Source: Nitrososphaerota archaeon (lineage in GTDB: Archaea; Thermoproteota; Nitrososphaeria; PSMU01). From it: a DNA stretch of 64,000 bases. Below are positions 43,656-53,875 of this stretch, one piece after another. Within the stretch, counting starts at the first letter, position 1, and each line of letters opens with the position of its first letter. The DNA lies in contig PSMU01000003.1 of NCBI GenBank assembly GCA_040290255.1, forward strand, positions 90,437 through 154,436. Direction: 5' to 3'. The translations under genes were made by a program, and so were the position numbers. Under the pieces are notes generated by a model. The model was not told the DNA's origin, searched no databases, and saw only the letters and a program-made list of their open reading frames with translations.

Positions 43656-46025
43656 GTGCAGGAGCGGCCGAGGCCGAAGCTGGAGCTGACGCGCTGGAGG
43701 CCCGAGCTCGAGGCAGAGGTGGCGGAGCTCTGGGAGAAGGAGCGGCTCTATGCCTTCAGGCCGGGCCCCGGGAGGCTCTTCGCCATCGATACGCCGCCTC
43801 CCTATGTGGCGGTGGGCGTGAGCTGGCATCCCGGCGCCGTGGCCCAGTACTCGCAGATCGACATGATCGCCAGGACCGCCAGGATGCTGGGCTACCGCGT
43901 GCTCTTCCCCGTGGGCATGGACAGGAACGGCATGCCCGTGGAGAGCTATGTCGAGAGGGCCTACAGGATAAGGATGAAGGACGTGCCCAGGGAGGAGTTC
44001 CTGGAGCTCTGCCGGCGCGCGCTGGACCAGGCCGAGCCCTACTATCTGAGGGTGCTCAGGCTCATAGGCTTCAGCGCCGACTTCGAGCGGCTCCTCTACA
44101 GGACGGACAGCGATGAGTACAGGGCGCTCACACAGGCCACCTTCATAGAGCTGTGGAGGAGGGGGCTCATCTACGAGGCCGACAGGCCCAACAACTACTG
44201 CGTGGACTGCGGCACGACGCTCGCGGATGCCGATGTGGAGTATGAAGAGAGGCCCTCCAAGCTGGCCTATATGCGCTTTCCGCTGAAGGGAGGGGGGCAT
44301 GTGATCGTCGCCTCCACCAGGCCCGAGCTGCTGGCCGCCTGCAGGGCGCTGCTGTTCAACCCCGAGGATGATAGGTACCGCGGCCTGGAGGGCAAGAGGG
44401 CGCTGGTGCCGCTTTACGGGCACGAGGTTCCCATAAGAGCCCATCCCGCCGCCAGGCCCGAGTTCGGGTCCGGCATGATGATGGTCTGCAGCTTCGGCGA
44501 CTACACCGACGTGCTGCTCTTCAGGGAGCTGGGGCTGAGCCCGGTCTACCTTATCAACGCGCAGGGCAGGATGACCAAGGAGGCGGGCTTCCTCGAGGGC
44601 CTTACCGTACTGGAGGCCAGGGAGAGGGTGCTGCAGGAGCTCGAGCGCCAAGGCTTCCTGGAGAGGGTGGAGCGGGTCCTGCACAGGACCCCCATCTGCG
44701 ACCGCTCAAGGACGCCCATCGAGATCGTGGCGCTGCCCGAGTACTATCTAAGGCAGCTCGATTTCCTGGAGCAGGTGAGAAGGGCCTCGGCCCAGGTCAG
44801 GTTTCACCCGCCAAAGGCCCGCGGGCTGCTCAAGGACTGGATCAGGGCCGTCTCCTCCGATTGGCCCATCTCGCGCAGGAGGTATTACGGCACCGAGGTG
44901 CCCGTCTGGTACTGCGCCTCCTGCGGTATGCCCCACCTGCCCGAGCCCGGCCGCTACTACAGGCCCTGGAGGGAGAAGGCCCCCTTCGAGAGGTGTAGCA
45001 GGTGTGGGGGCACGGAGTTCAGCGGCGATGAGAGGACCTTTGACACCTGGATGGACTCGAGCATCTCGGCCCTGTACATCACGGGCTACGGTAGGGATGA
45101 GCAGCTCTTCTCAAAGGCCTATCCCGCCGCCATAAGGCCCCAGGGCAAGGACATCGTCAGGACCTGGCTCTATTACTCGCTCCTGCGCTGCCTCCAGCTG
45201 ACGGGCAGGGCGCCGTGGAGGAGGGCCTGGATAGGGGGCATGGGCCTGGATGCCCAGGGCAGGCCCATGCACAGGCACCTGGGAAACGTCATAGACCCCA
45301 TGCCGCTGCTGGAGAAGTACGGCGCGGACTGCTTCAGGTTCTGGGGCGCCCAGGAGGCGGGGCCGGGCGAGGACTTCCGCATCTCCGAGGGGAAGGTGGC
45401 AGCGGCCCAGAAGTTCCTGACGAAGCTGCTGAACGTGAGCAGGTTCATCTCCTCCTTCCCGGCGCCCAGGCGCGCGAAGCCGCGGCCCACGGATGAATGG
45501 ATCCTGGCCGAGCTCTCGCTGCTCGTCAGGCGCTGCCGCGCGGCATATGCGCGCTTCAACTTCCACGCCGTCGCCACCTCCATCAGGGAGTTCGTCTGGA
45601 ACCTCTTCGCGCCCCACTACATCGAAATGGTCAAGGCGAGGGCCTACGGCGAGGGCTTCGGCAAGGAGGACAGCGAGGCGGCCTGGTTCACGCTTCACGC
45701 TTGCCTGAGGACGCTGCTGCTCCTGCTGGCGCCCATCACGCCCCACATCACGGACTACCTGTGGAGGAGGCTCTACGATGAGAGGAGCATACACCTGAGG
45801 CGCCTGCCCAGGCCCCTCTGGGCTACGGAGCCGGCAAGGCACACGCAGAGGATCGTGGCCTTTAACTCCAAGGTCTGGGCGCTGAAGAAGCAGAGGGGGC
45901 TAGCCCTGGCCGAGCCCATAGAGCTGCCCCTGGATGAAGGCCTGGAGCCCTTTGCCCCCGACCTCATAGCCATGCACAGGCTCCGCCTGCCGGGGGCGCT
46001 GAGCCAGCAGCTGAGGGGCCCGTAG
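43656..46025 (+). CDS. valS: Valyl-tRNA synthetase
   Basis: IDTPPPY, GMDRNG, STRPELL, GSG.MMVCSFGD, DWPISRRRYYG, FDTWMDSSIS, RPQGKDIVRTW. Confidence 0.95.
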   Translation: MQERPRPKLELTRWRPELEAEVAELWEKERLYAFRPGPGRLFAIDTPPPYVAVGVSWHPGAVAQYSQIDMIARTARMLGYRVLFPVGMDRNGMPVESYVERAYRIRMKDVPREEFLELCRRALDQAEPYYLRVLRLIGFSADFERLLYRTDSDEYRALTQATFIELWRRGLIYEADRPNNYCVDCGTTLADADVEYEERPSKLAYMRFPLKGGGHVIVASTRPELLAACRALLFNPEDDRYRGLEGKRALVPLYGHEVPIRAHPAARPEFGSGMMMVCSFGDYTDVLLFRELGLSPVYLINAQGRMTKEAGFLEGLTVLEARERVLQELERQGFLERVERVLHRTPICDRSRTPIEIVALPEYYLRQLDFLEQVRRASAQVRFHPPKARGLLKDWIRAVSSDWPISRRRYYGTEVPVWYCASCGMPHLPEPGRYYRPWREKAPFERCSRCGGTEFSGDERTFDTWMDSSISALYITGYGRDEQLFSKAYPAAIRPQGKDIVRTWLYYSLLRCLQLTGRAPWRRAWIGGMGLDAQGRPMHRHLGNVIDPMPLLEKYGADCFRFWGAQEAGPGEDFRISEGKVAAAQKFLTKLLNVSRFISSFPAPRRAKPRPTDEWILAELSLLVRRCRAAYARFNFHAVATSIREFVWNLFAPHYIEMVKARAYGEGFGKEDSEAAWFTLHACLRTLLLLLAPITPHITDYLWRRLYDERSIHLRRLPRPLWATEPARHTQRIVAFNSKVWALKKQRGLALAEPIELPLDEGLEPFAPDLIAMHRLRLPGALSQQLRGP

Positions 46026-46061
46026 GCTTAAGCCTAAATCGCGCCCTCGCGCCTTTCGCAC

Positions 46062-46643
46062 ATGGGCGCCGCGCTGGGCAAGAGGGCTATCCGCGCCCTG
46101 GGCGTGGCCGAGAGCTACAGGAGGGGAGGGCTGGGCGAAAGGGCCGTGCTGGCGGGCGTGGTGATGAGGAGCGACCTCATCATCGACGGCGTGGCCATGG
46201 GGTATGCCACGGTCGGCGGCGATGATGCCACCGAGGCCGTCGTACGCCTCTACAGGGGGCTGGCCAGGAACGACATCAACTTCCTGCTGCTGGGCGGCGC
46301 GATAATAAGCTATTACAACATCATCGACGTGGATAGGGTGGCGGAGGCCTGCGGCAGGCCGGTGGTGGCCCTGAGCTACAGGCCCACGAGGGGAATCGAG
46401 GAGGCGATAAAGAGGCGCTTTCCGCAGGCCTGGGAAAGGAAGGTGGAGCTTTACAGGGCGCTGGGCAGGAGGAGGAGGGTGCCGCTCAAGACGGGCAAGG
46501 CCGTCTATGTGAGGGCCAGCGGCCTGAGCGAGGCCAGCATAAAGCCCCTGCTGGACAAGTTCGTGCTCCAGGGGGGCGTGCCGGAGCCCGTGAGGGTGGC
46601 CAGGTTGGTGGCCAGGGCCTTCTTCAGGGGCCTAACCCCCTAG
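46062..46643 (+). CDS. DUF99 / endonuclease V-like protein
   Basis: LGVAES, LAGVVMR.D..IDG, VGGDDAT, YNIID, VPEPVRVA. Confidence 0.88.
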   Translation: MGAALGKRAIRALGVAESYRRGGLGERAVLAGVVMRSDLIIDGVAMGYATVGGDDATEAVVRLYRGLARNDINFLLLGGAIISYYNIIDVDRVAEACGRPVVALSYRPTRGIEEAIKRRFPQAWERKVELYRALGRRRRVPLKTGKAVYVRASGLSEASIKPLLDKFVLQGGVPEPVRVARLVARAFFRGLTP

Positions 46644-47234
46644 CTGGCCCTCTATGGCGCTCAGCTCCGAGGGGCCGAGCCTCCCCTCCGAGGCCAGGGC
46701 CCTCGCGAGCGAGAGGACGTCGCAGTAGGCGTGTAGCTCCACGCCCTCCTCGCCCAGCGCCCTTCGCGCGCCCTCGAGCCTGTCGACGAGCACCACGGCC
46801 GCCCTTACCTCGGCGCCTGCAGCCCTAACCGCCCTGGCGGCCGCCAGCAGGCTGCCGCCCGTGGTGGCCACGTCATCGAGCAGGACCACGCTCCAGCCGC
46901 GCTCGAGCCTCCCCTCCAGGGCCCTCCGCAGGCCGTGGGCCCTCTCCTCCTTCCTCACATAGGCGAGCGGAAGGCGCAGTCGGTAGGCCAGCGCGGAGGC
47001 GAAGATGAGGCCCGAAGTGGGTATGGAGCAGAGCGCGTGGAAGGGGAGGAGCCGCGAGAGCACTGAGGCATAGGCCCTGAGCGCGAGCCTAAAATAGGAG
47101 GGGTAACTTGGCAGCACCCTGAGGTCGATGTAGTAGGCGCTCTGCCTGCCGCTGGTGAGCGTGAAGCGGCCGAACTTCAGCGCCCCCGCCTCGAGCAGGG
47201 CGCGCGCGAGCGCCCCCACGCCTGCCCTTTCCAT
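46632..47234 (-). CDS. pyrE: Orotate phosphoribosyltransferase
   Basis: FTLTSGRQS.YYIDLR, YVRKE..HG, LLDDVATTGGS. Confidence 0.95.
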   Translation of the reverse strand: MERAGVGALARALLEAGALKFGRFTLTSGRQSAYYIDLRVLPSYPSYFRLALRAYASVLSRLLPFHALCSIPTSGLIFASALAYRLRLPLAYVRKEERAHGLRRALEGRLERGWSVVLLDDVATTGGSLLAAARAVRAAGAEVRAAVVLVDRLEGARRALGEEGVELHAYCDVLSLARALASEGRLGPSELSAIEGQLGG

Positions 47235-47280
47235 GCCGCACCCCCTCGCTCATATAAGATTAGGCTTTCCCGGGAGAGCC

Positions 47281-48321
47281 GTGCCCGAGCTCTGGCTGCC
47301 CTATGGAAGGCTTGAGGTCATGGCGGAGGTCAGGGATGCGCAGATCCTGAGGGTCCTGGCCCCCAGCCCCCGACCGCTGGAGGGGGGCCTGCTCTCGGGA
47401 GCCAGATGCGTCGCCCTGCTGGAGGAGGGGCAGGGGGCCCTGGCGGCGCTGCGGCAGGCGCGAGCGGGAATGAGGGCCTATGTGCCAAGGGGCGCGCAGC
47501 TGGCCAGGAGGATCTGTGAGGAGGGCGGGCTTGAGCTGGCGGAGCTGAGGTGGGCGAAGGCCTCCTTCGGGGGCATGAGCTATGCCCGCCCGCTGGTGGA
47601 GGAGGGCTGCGTGCTGATCAACTCCTTTAGGCCCGATCCGCTCTACGGCTACAGCTCCGTGGGCGCGAGGCTGTTAAGGCAGGAGGGGGGCGTGCCCGAG
47701 GGCGCCCTGGAGCGGCTTGAGCGGGGGCCCAGCCTCCAGGCGGCGCCGGCCGAAGAAGCGGCCAGGGCCCTGGCCGAAGCGCTGCAGGGGCTCGAGGTCG
47801 TGGAGGTGGTGGAGGGGGGAGCGGGCCCGCTGGGGGCCTTTCGGGGGGGCGCGCTGGAGGCCTACCTTCAGGCCAGGAGGCTGCTGCACGAGGCGGCCTT
47901 CTTCACCGTGGACGTGAGGCCAAGGATGGTGCTGGCCTCCTGCGGCGGCCATCCCTGGGACAGGGACGCCTTTGAGGGGCTCGCGGCGCTCTGGAACTTC
48001 GCCGGCGCCCTGGAGCAGGGCGCGCAGGTGGTGCTGCTCTGTGAGGCGGCAGAGGGGCTCGGCTCACCGGCCTGGGAGGAGGCCCTGCTCTCCGGCCCGC
48101 CGGCCAGGGGCTACTTTAAGGGGGCCGAGCACATGGCGCTTCTTAGGTGGCTCTCGGGCAGGGCGACCGTCATCCTCGTCTCGGCGCTGCCCGAGGCGCT
48201 GGCCAGGAGGCTGGGCCTGAGGAGCGCGCGCTCGCTGAGCGATGCGCTGGGCCTTCTGGGACCAAGGGCCCGCTTCTATATCGTGCCCTACGCGGCCTGC
48301 ACGGTGCTCTCGGCTAGCTGA
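47281..48321 (+). CDS. LarA/DUF2088 (lactate racemase-like) protein
   Basis: MPELWLPYG start, SCGGHPWD, LLCEAAEGLG, IVPYA; GTG start at 47281. Confidence 0.68.
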   Translation: MPELWLPYGRLEVMAEVRDAQILRVLAPSPRPLEGGLLSGARCVALLEEGQGALAALRQARAGMRAYVPRGAQLARRICEEGGLELAELRWAKASFGGMSYARPLVEEGCVLINSFRPDPLYGYSSVGARLLRQEGGVPEGALERLERGPSLQAAPAEEAARALAEALQGLEVVEVVEGGAGPLGAFRGGALEAYLQARRLLHEAAFFTVDVRPRMVLASCGGHPWDRDAFEGLAALWNFAGALEQGAQVVLLCEAAEGLGSPAWEEALLSGPPARGYFKGAEHMALLRWLSGRATVILVSALPEALARRLGLRSARSLSDALGLLGPRARFYIVPYAACTVLSAS

Positions 48322-49375
48322 GGACGGGGGCCGTGAGGGGCATGAGAAGGAGCACGGAGGCCCAGAGCAGCTTTCTGCCCCTGGAGAGGGGCGAGACATC
48401 ATCCAGCGGCCTCACGTCTATCCTAGAGAGCAGCATGTAGAGGATGAACGTCGCGAAGAGCCAGTAGCCCAGGTAGAGCGTGATCAGCAGCACGATATAG
48501 GATGCCACCTGATGCAGCCTCCTGCCCAGCGCGGCCCTGGCCAGGTGTCCTCCATCGAGCTGCGTCGCGGGCAGCAGGTTCAGGAACGTGATCAGGAAGC
48601 CTATCCAGGCCACCTCGCCGAGCGGGCTGAGCAGCAGCTCATAGCCGGGCCTGAGCACGCCCGTGAGGCTGAAGACCAGGTACTGCAGAGGGCTCACGCC
48701 TATGGGCACGCCGGGCGGGCCCTGCCCGGGCAGGAAGAGCTGGCTCGTCAGGGCGCCGGGGAGGGAGACCAGGACCGTGACCAGCAGGCCCGCGAGCGGG
48801 CCCGCGACGGCCACGTCGAACATGGTGTCCCTATTTATGAAGGGCTCACGGACCACGATGACGGCCCCGAAGGTGGGCACGGGCGTGAGCACGGGGATCC
48901 CCGGCAGGAAGTAGGGATAGGAAACGGGGTAGCCGTGGTGCCTCCAGAGAAGCATGTGGCCCACCTCATGTATGCCTATGATGCCCATGAGCGCCAGCGC
49001 GTAATAGGCGGCGCCCATCAGGCGGGCCTGCAGGCTCAGCTCCCCCGCCGCCGCCCAGCGATAATAGCCCTGGATCAGGCTCAGCGCCACCACGAGCGCC
49101 AGCAGGCCCAGATGCGCGGGCGTGAGCCGCGGCCTGGGGGCGGGGAAGCGCACCAGGTGCATGATAACCTTGCCCTCCGCCCCCCTCTGCAGCACCGGCC
49201 TCCAGCCCAGCTCCCTCATGCGCCTGGCCAGCCGGTAAAAGCGCTGCTTCAGGTCGGGCGCCATGCTGAGCTCGAGCTCCACGGTGCCCTCCTCCCTGAG
49301 GTAGTAGCCGTCAAAGGCAAAGTACTCCCTGACCAGGGCCAGCGGCCTCTCGTACTCGCCCAGCAGCGGCTGCAC
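48314..49375 (-). CDS. Site-2 protease (M50)
   Basis: HEVGH, TFGAVI, AGPLAG, LNLLPATQLDGGH. Confidence 0.94.
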   Translation of the reverse strand: MQPLLGEYERPLALVREYFAFDGYYLREEGTVELELSMAPDLKQRFYRLARRMRELGWRPVLQRGAEGKVIMHLVRFPAPRPRLTPAHLGLLALVVALSLIQGYYRWAAAGELSLQARLMGAAYYALALMGIIGIHEVGHMLLWRHHGYPVSYPYFLPGIPVLTPVPTFGAVIVVREPFINRDTMFDVAVAGPLAGLLVTVLVSLPGALTSQLFLPGQGPPGVPIGVSPLQYLVFSLTGVLRPGYELLLSPLGEVAWIGFLITFLNLLPATQLDGGHLARAALGRRLHQVASYIVLLITLYLGYWLFATFILYMLLSRIDVRPLDDVSPLSRGRKLLWASVLLLMPLTAPVLS

Positions 49376-49430
49376 GCTGCGGAAAGGCCCATAGCACCGT
49401 TTATAAGCATGCCTTGCCGCGAATTCAAGG

Positions 49431-49928
49431 GTGCGGTCGGGCGAGGCCTCCCCTCAGGGCTTCTCGCTCAGGGGCTTTGAGCTCAGGGACCTCGAGGCGG
49501 TCATAAGGATCAACATGAGCACGCTGCCCGAGAATTATACCAGGGAGTTCTACTTGGACCTCTATAGGGGCTTTCCCGAGGGCTTCCTCGTGGCGGAGGT
49601 GGATGGCCAGGTGGTGGGCTACATCATGTGCAGGCTCGAGTGGGGCTTCGATGTGGCGAGGCTGAGGGCGATGCGCAGGGGGCATATCGTCTCCATAGCC
49701 GTCCTACAGGCCTTTCGGCGCAGGGGGATAGGGGAGGCCCTGCTGCAGCAGGCCTTGGCCGCGATGAGGGATAGGGCCTGTGAGGAGGCCTTCCTGGAGG
49801 TCAGGGTCAGCAACGAGCCCGCCATAGCGCTTTACCGCAAGCTGGGCTTCTCCATCTCCAAGAGGCTGCCCGGCTACTATAGGGATGGCGAGGATGCCTA
49901 CGAAATGGTCAAGCCGCTGAGGGCTTGA
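49431..49928 (+). CDS. ard1: N-alpha-acetyltransferase (Ard1/RimI)
   Basis: LPENY, GHIVSIAV, RRRGIG, LEVRVSN, YYRDGEDAY. Confidence 0.92.
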   Translation: MRSGEASPQGFSLRGFELRDLEAVIRINMSTLPENYTREFYLDLYRGFPEGFLVAEVDGQVVGYIMCRLEWGFDVARLRAMRRGHIVSIAVLQAFRRRGIGEALLQQALAAMRDRACEEAFLEVRVSNEPAIALYRKLGFSISKRLPGYYRDGEDAYEMVKPLRA

Positions 49929-51607
49929 CGGGCTTCCTCTCGGTCTGTGAGGCGCTCGAAAGGGTCGCCTCCACCACGTCAAAGAAGGCCAAGGTGGCCG
50001 TGCTCGCGGCGCTGCTGAAGGGGCTGGAGGGCGAGGAGGTGGAGATGGTGGTGGGCTTCATCACGGGCCACCTCATGCCCTGGGAGATAAAGGGCGAAAC
50101 CTCGGTGGGCTTCAGCACGATCTGGGGCTCGCTGCTGGAGGTCTATCGCTGCGAGGAGCGGGAGCTGGCCGCACAGCTCGCGCGCACCGGTGATATGGGC
50201 GCGGTGGCCGAGCTCGCCGCGCAAAGAGGGCTGCGCCAGGAGAGCTTTTCGCGCGAGCCGCTGAGCGTAAGGGATGTTTGGGTCGCCTTTCAGCGCATGG
50301 CCGAGGCGAGGGGGGAGGGCAGCGCGAGGGAGAGGGCGGCAAGGCTCAGGGGCCTGCTGCACAGGGCCTCGCCGCCCGAGGCCAAGTACATCGTGAAGTT
50401 CCTCCTGGGCGAGGTGAGGGTGGGCGCCGTCGAGGGCCTGGTAGCGGAGGCCCTTGCAAGGGCCTTCGGGCTGGCGCCTGGCGCCGTGGAGGCCCTGAGG
50501 GCGGCCCTGGGCCACATGTATGAGGTGGCCCGGCATGTGAGGCGGGGCCTCCTCGAGCCCCCGCTGGAGCCCGGCAGGCCGCTCGGCTTCATGCTGGCCC
50601 TGCCGCTCAAGTCCGCCGAGGAGGCCGCCGAGCGCTTTCAGAGGCCCTTTTACTGCGAATATAAGTACGACGGCATAAGGGCGCAGGCGCACAAAAGAGG
50701 GGGTCAGGCCTGGCTCTTCTCCAGGCGACTCGAGGATATCTCGGCCAGCTTTCCCGAGCTGATCGGGCAGCTGCTTTCGCTGCCCCATGACATAATCCTT
50801 GACGGGGAGGTGGTGGCCTTCCGGGAGGGGAGGCCCCTGCCCTTCTTCATGCTGCAGCACCGCCTGCGCAGGAAGGAGCCCCTGAGAAGCCCGCCCGTGG
50901 CTTACTTCGCCTACGACCTGCTCTACCTAGATGGGCAGCCCCTCATTTCACTCCCCTGGCTCGAGAGGAGGAAGAGGCTGGAGGCCCTGGGAATCTCGGG
51001 CGCCGGGCTCGTCCTTGCGCCGCTCTTCACCGCGCAGGACGTGGGCCAGCTGAAGGAGCTGTTTGAGCGCGCGCTTTCGCTCGGCTACGAGGGCCTTATG
51101 CTCAAGGACCCCCAATCCCCCTATAGGCTCGGCATGAGGGGGGGCTCGTGGGCCAAGCTCAAGCGTGAGCTCTTCACGCTGGATGTGGTGGTGATGGGAG
51201 CGGAGCTGGGCCATGGCAAGAGGGCGGGCCTGCTGAGCGACCTCATCTTCGGCGTGTGGGATGGCGAAGAGCTCAGGGTGCTGGGCAAGGCCTATAGCGG
51301 GCTCACCGATGAGGAGCTCGGGTGGATCACCTCGAGGCTAAGGGAGCTGGTGGTGAGGGATGAGGGCTTTAGGGTCTGGGTCAGGCCCGAGCTGGTCGTC
51401 GAGGTCTCCTTCGACGCGCTGAGGAGGAGCGACAGGCACTCCAGCGGCTACGCGCTGCGCTTCCCGCGCATAAAGGCCCTGAGGCTGGACAAGCGGCCCG
51501 AGGAGGCCGATGACCTGCAGAGGGTGAGGGAGCTGTATGAGCTTCAGAGGGCCAGGCTGGGGGGCCAGGTGGACCTGGATGAAGAGGTCAGCCGCCCGCC
51601 TCCCTAA
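49925..51607 (+). CDS. lig: ATP-dependent DNA ligase
   Basis: EYKYDGIR, LDGEVV, AYDLL, EGLMLK, WAKLK, LRFPRI..R.DK. Confidence 0.95.
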   Translation: MTGFLSVCEALERVASTTSKKAKVAVLAALLKGLEGEEVEMVVGFITGHLMPWEIKGETSVGFSTIWGSLLEVYRCEERELAAQLARTGDMGAVAELAAQRGLRQESFSREPLSVRDVWVAFQRMAEARGEGSARERAARLRGLLHRASPPEAKYIVKFLLGEVRVGAVEGLVAEALARAFGLAPGAVEALRAALGHMYEVARHVRRGLLEPPLEPGRPLGFMLALPLKSAEEAAERFQRPFYCEYKYDGIRAQAHKRGGQAWLFSRRLEDISASFPELIGQLLSLPHDIILDGEVVAFREGRPLPFFMLQHRLRRKEPLRSPPVAYFAYDLLYLDGQPLISLPWLERRKRLEALGISGAGLVLAPLFTAQDVGQLKELFERALSLGYEGLMLKDPQSPYRLGMRGGSWAKLKRELFTLDVVVMGAELGHGKRAGLLSDLIFGVWDGEELRVLGKAYSGLTDEELGWITSRLRELVVRDEGFRVWVRPELVVEVSFDALRRSDRHSSGYALRFPRIKALRLDKRPEEADDLQRVRELYELQRARLGGQVDLDEEVSRPPP

Positions 51608-53027
51608 GGTAAAACCAGCGCAGCTCCCTGGAAATGGATGAGTAGCCATACCTCTTGGCCGCCAACAGCGCATCGAGAAAGGAGGCCCGCCGCTCCGCCA
51701 TCCTTTCGGCCTCCTGGGGGCTCAGCGCGCCCCTCCTGGCGGCCTCCTCCAGCTTGGCGCTCGCGGCCGGCTGGGCCTCCCAGTGCCTGCCCGTCCACCT
51801 GTACAGCTCCTGCCACTCGCCCCCCACGAAGCCGCCCAGGCCCACCACCCTGCGCACGACCTTTTCGCCCTCCCTCAACCTGGCGATGAAGGCCACGGCA
51901 TCGATCTGCCTCAGCAGCTCCCTGTCGACCGATAGGGGTGGAGAGGCCATGCGCGCGAGGAGGCCCTCGGGGGTCGAGGCATGAAAGGTGGTCATCACGC
52001 CATGGCCCAGGGCGGCCGATTGGAAGAGCATGGAGGCCTCCCTGCCCCTCGTCTCCCCCAGGATGATGTAGTCGGGCCTCTCCCTTAGCGCTTGATAGAC
52101 GAGCTTCTCGAGGTCCACGGCGGCCTTATCGAAGGGGCTGGGCCTCGTCGTCAGCGACTTCCACCCCTCATGAGGCAGCAGCAGCTCCCGCGTATCCTCT
52201 ATGGTCACCACCTTCCAGTTGGGGTGGAGCGCGGTCGCCAGCGCATTCAGGAGCGTCGTCTTGCCCGAGGCGGTGGGCCCGGCGATGATCAGGAAGGCCT
52301 TGAGGCTCATGAGCGCCCAGAGGTATGCGGCCAGGGCCTGGTCCAGCGTGCCCAGCGAGATGAGCTCCGTGAGCGTATAGGGCCTCTCCCTGAACTTCCT
52401 TATCGTGAAGCTGGAGCCGGCCGGCGATATATCCCTGCCCCAGGTGGCCGAGATCCTATAGCCCTCGGGGAGAGAGGCGTCGAGCAGGGGAAGAAATGCG
52501 GAGAGCGGGCGGCCGGCCCTGAAGGCCATCTTGGCCACGAGCGCATCCAGCTCCTCGCCCCGCTCGAAGGCCAGGTTGGCGGTCAGCCACTCGTGGGCAT
52601 TGAAGCGTCTATGCCAGACGCGCAGGGGCCTACGGTAGCCCTCACACGAGAGGTCCTCCACCTCCTGATCCCTGAGGAAGGGCTCCAGGGGGCCATAGCC
52701 CACCACATCCCTGGCGATATAGTAGGCCAGGCCCTGCTCGTGGTCGAGCCCCCTCTGCCTGAGCAGAGAAAGCAGCGTGCTCAGCGGCCTCTCAAGGAGC
52801 TGGCGGCGCTGGGGCAGCAGGTGGGCGCGCTCCACCAGGCGCCGCAGCTCCTCCAGCGAGGAGCCCTCGACGGGCGGCTCCCTGACGTAATAGAAGCCCC
52901 GGCCCTCGCCCTCCATGAGGCAAACCACGTAGGAGATCCTCTGCCCCTCGACCTCGTACTCAACCCTGTAGCTCTCGATCAGGCGGGCCCCGCTGGGCGG
53001 GTTGAAGGGCAGGGGTCGAAACATCAT
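51588..53027 (-). CDS. Type IV pilus / archaellum-family assembly ATPase (TadA/VirB11-like)
   Basis: GYGPLEPFL.D.EVED, SFTIRKF, GPTASGKTT, IEDTRE, ALRERPD..LGETRG, TTFHA. Confidence 0.93.
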   Translation of the reverse strand: MMFRPLPFNPPSGARLIESYRVEYEVEGQRISYVVCLMEGEGRGFYYVREPPVEGSSLEELRRLVERAHLLPQRRQLLERPLSTLLSLLRQRGLDHEQGLAYYIARDVVGYGPLEPFLRDQEVEDLSCEGYRRPLRVWHRRFNAHEWLTANLAFERGEELDALVAKMAFRAGRPLSAFLPLLDASLPEGYRISATWGRDISPAGSSFTIRKFRERPYTLTELISLGTLDQALAAYLWALMSLKAFLIIAGPTASGKTTLLNALATALHPNWKVVTIEDTRELLLPHEGWKSLTTRPSPFDKAAVDLEKLVYQALRERPDYIILGETRGREASMLFQSAALGHGVMTTFHASTPEGLLARMASPPLSVDRELLRQIDAVAFIARLREGEKVVRRVVGLGGFVGGEWQELYRWTGRHWEAQPAASAKLEEAARRGALSPQEAERMAERRASFLDALLAAKRYGYSSISRELRWFYLREAGG

Positions 53028-53419
53028 GGCGTGGCGAAGGCAAACTGAGAGCCATCCTCCGCCACCAGCACCAGCCCGCTCAGCTGGGGGTAGGGCAGCG
53101 TAAGGAGGTAGAGGGAGGAGGGCGGTATCGTGATGTTGAGCGGCAGGGGCGAGCCGTTCACGAGCGCCAGCGTGAGCCTGGCGGGGGCCCAGCCGTAGTT
53201 GTACAGCAGCAGCATCAGCGAAGTGGAATTACGGGCCTGATAGACCTTGGCCAGCAGGGCCCCCTGCCCTTGGGCCCTCTTGGACAGGAACTGCGCCAGG
53301 CCCGAGGAGGCGGACGCGAGCTTCTGGCCCGCTAGATCGTAGGCCAGGGCGCCCAGGCTGAGCGCTATGGCCACTAGGAGCAGGGAGGCATAGAGCTCCG
53401 CGAGCCCCCTGCGCATCAA
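53024..53419 (-). CDS. Archaeal type IV pilin
   Basis: Class III signal peptide MRRG|LAELYASLLLVAI; LYNYG motif. Confidence 0.82.
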   Translation of the reverse strand: MMRRGLAELYASLLLVAIALSLGALAYDLAGQKLASASSGLAQFLSKRAQGQGALLAKVYQARNSTSLMLLLYNYGWAPARLTLALVNGSPLPLNITIPPSSLYLLTLPYPQLSGLVLVAEDGSQFAFATP

Positions 53420-53420
53420 C

Positions 53421-53843
53421 CTAGCCCCCCTGCACCTGAAGGGGGAAGGAGGCGTTGTAGGCCTGGCCCGTGATTATGGTGGCGACGATGAACTGGTCGG
53501 TTATGGCCGCGCGCGTGATGAGCACGAGGCTGGAGACCTGCCCCACCGGCAACGTGTAGGGCAGCGAGGGCTGCACTGTGACGGGAATATCCACGCCGGC
53601 GGAGCTTGTTAGCACGATCCTGGTTATGGTCAGCGCCCTGGCGCCATCGTTCAGCAGCGTGAGCTGCACCGCCGCACTGGAGGAGCCGTTGAGCACCTTC
53701 TGGCCCAGCAGCTTAAGCGACTTCGCGCCCGTAAAGCTGATGAAGTATCCCTGCAGGTAGGTGTACATCAGCCCCCCTATCACGATGGCCGCGCTCAGCA
53801 GGATGAGCGTGGCCACGAAGGCCGAAAAGCCGCGCCTCTTCAT
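53421..53843 (-). CDS. Archaeal type IV pilin (likely major)
   Basis: Class III signal peptide MKRRG|FSAFVATLILL; LLNDG motif; own TATA box at ~53864. Confidence 0.85.
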   Translation of the reverse strand: MKRRGFSAFVATLILLSAAIVIGGLMYTYLQGYFISFTGAKSLKLLGQKVLNGSSSAAVQLTLLNDGARALTITRIVLTSSAGVDIPVTVQPSLPYTLPVGQVSSLVLITRAAITDQFIVATIITGQAYNASFPLQVQGG

Positions 53844-53875
53844 GGCCCAGGCCCAAGGCCGCTATTTAAGCGCCC

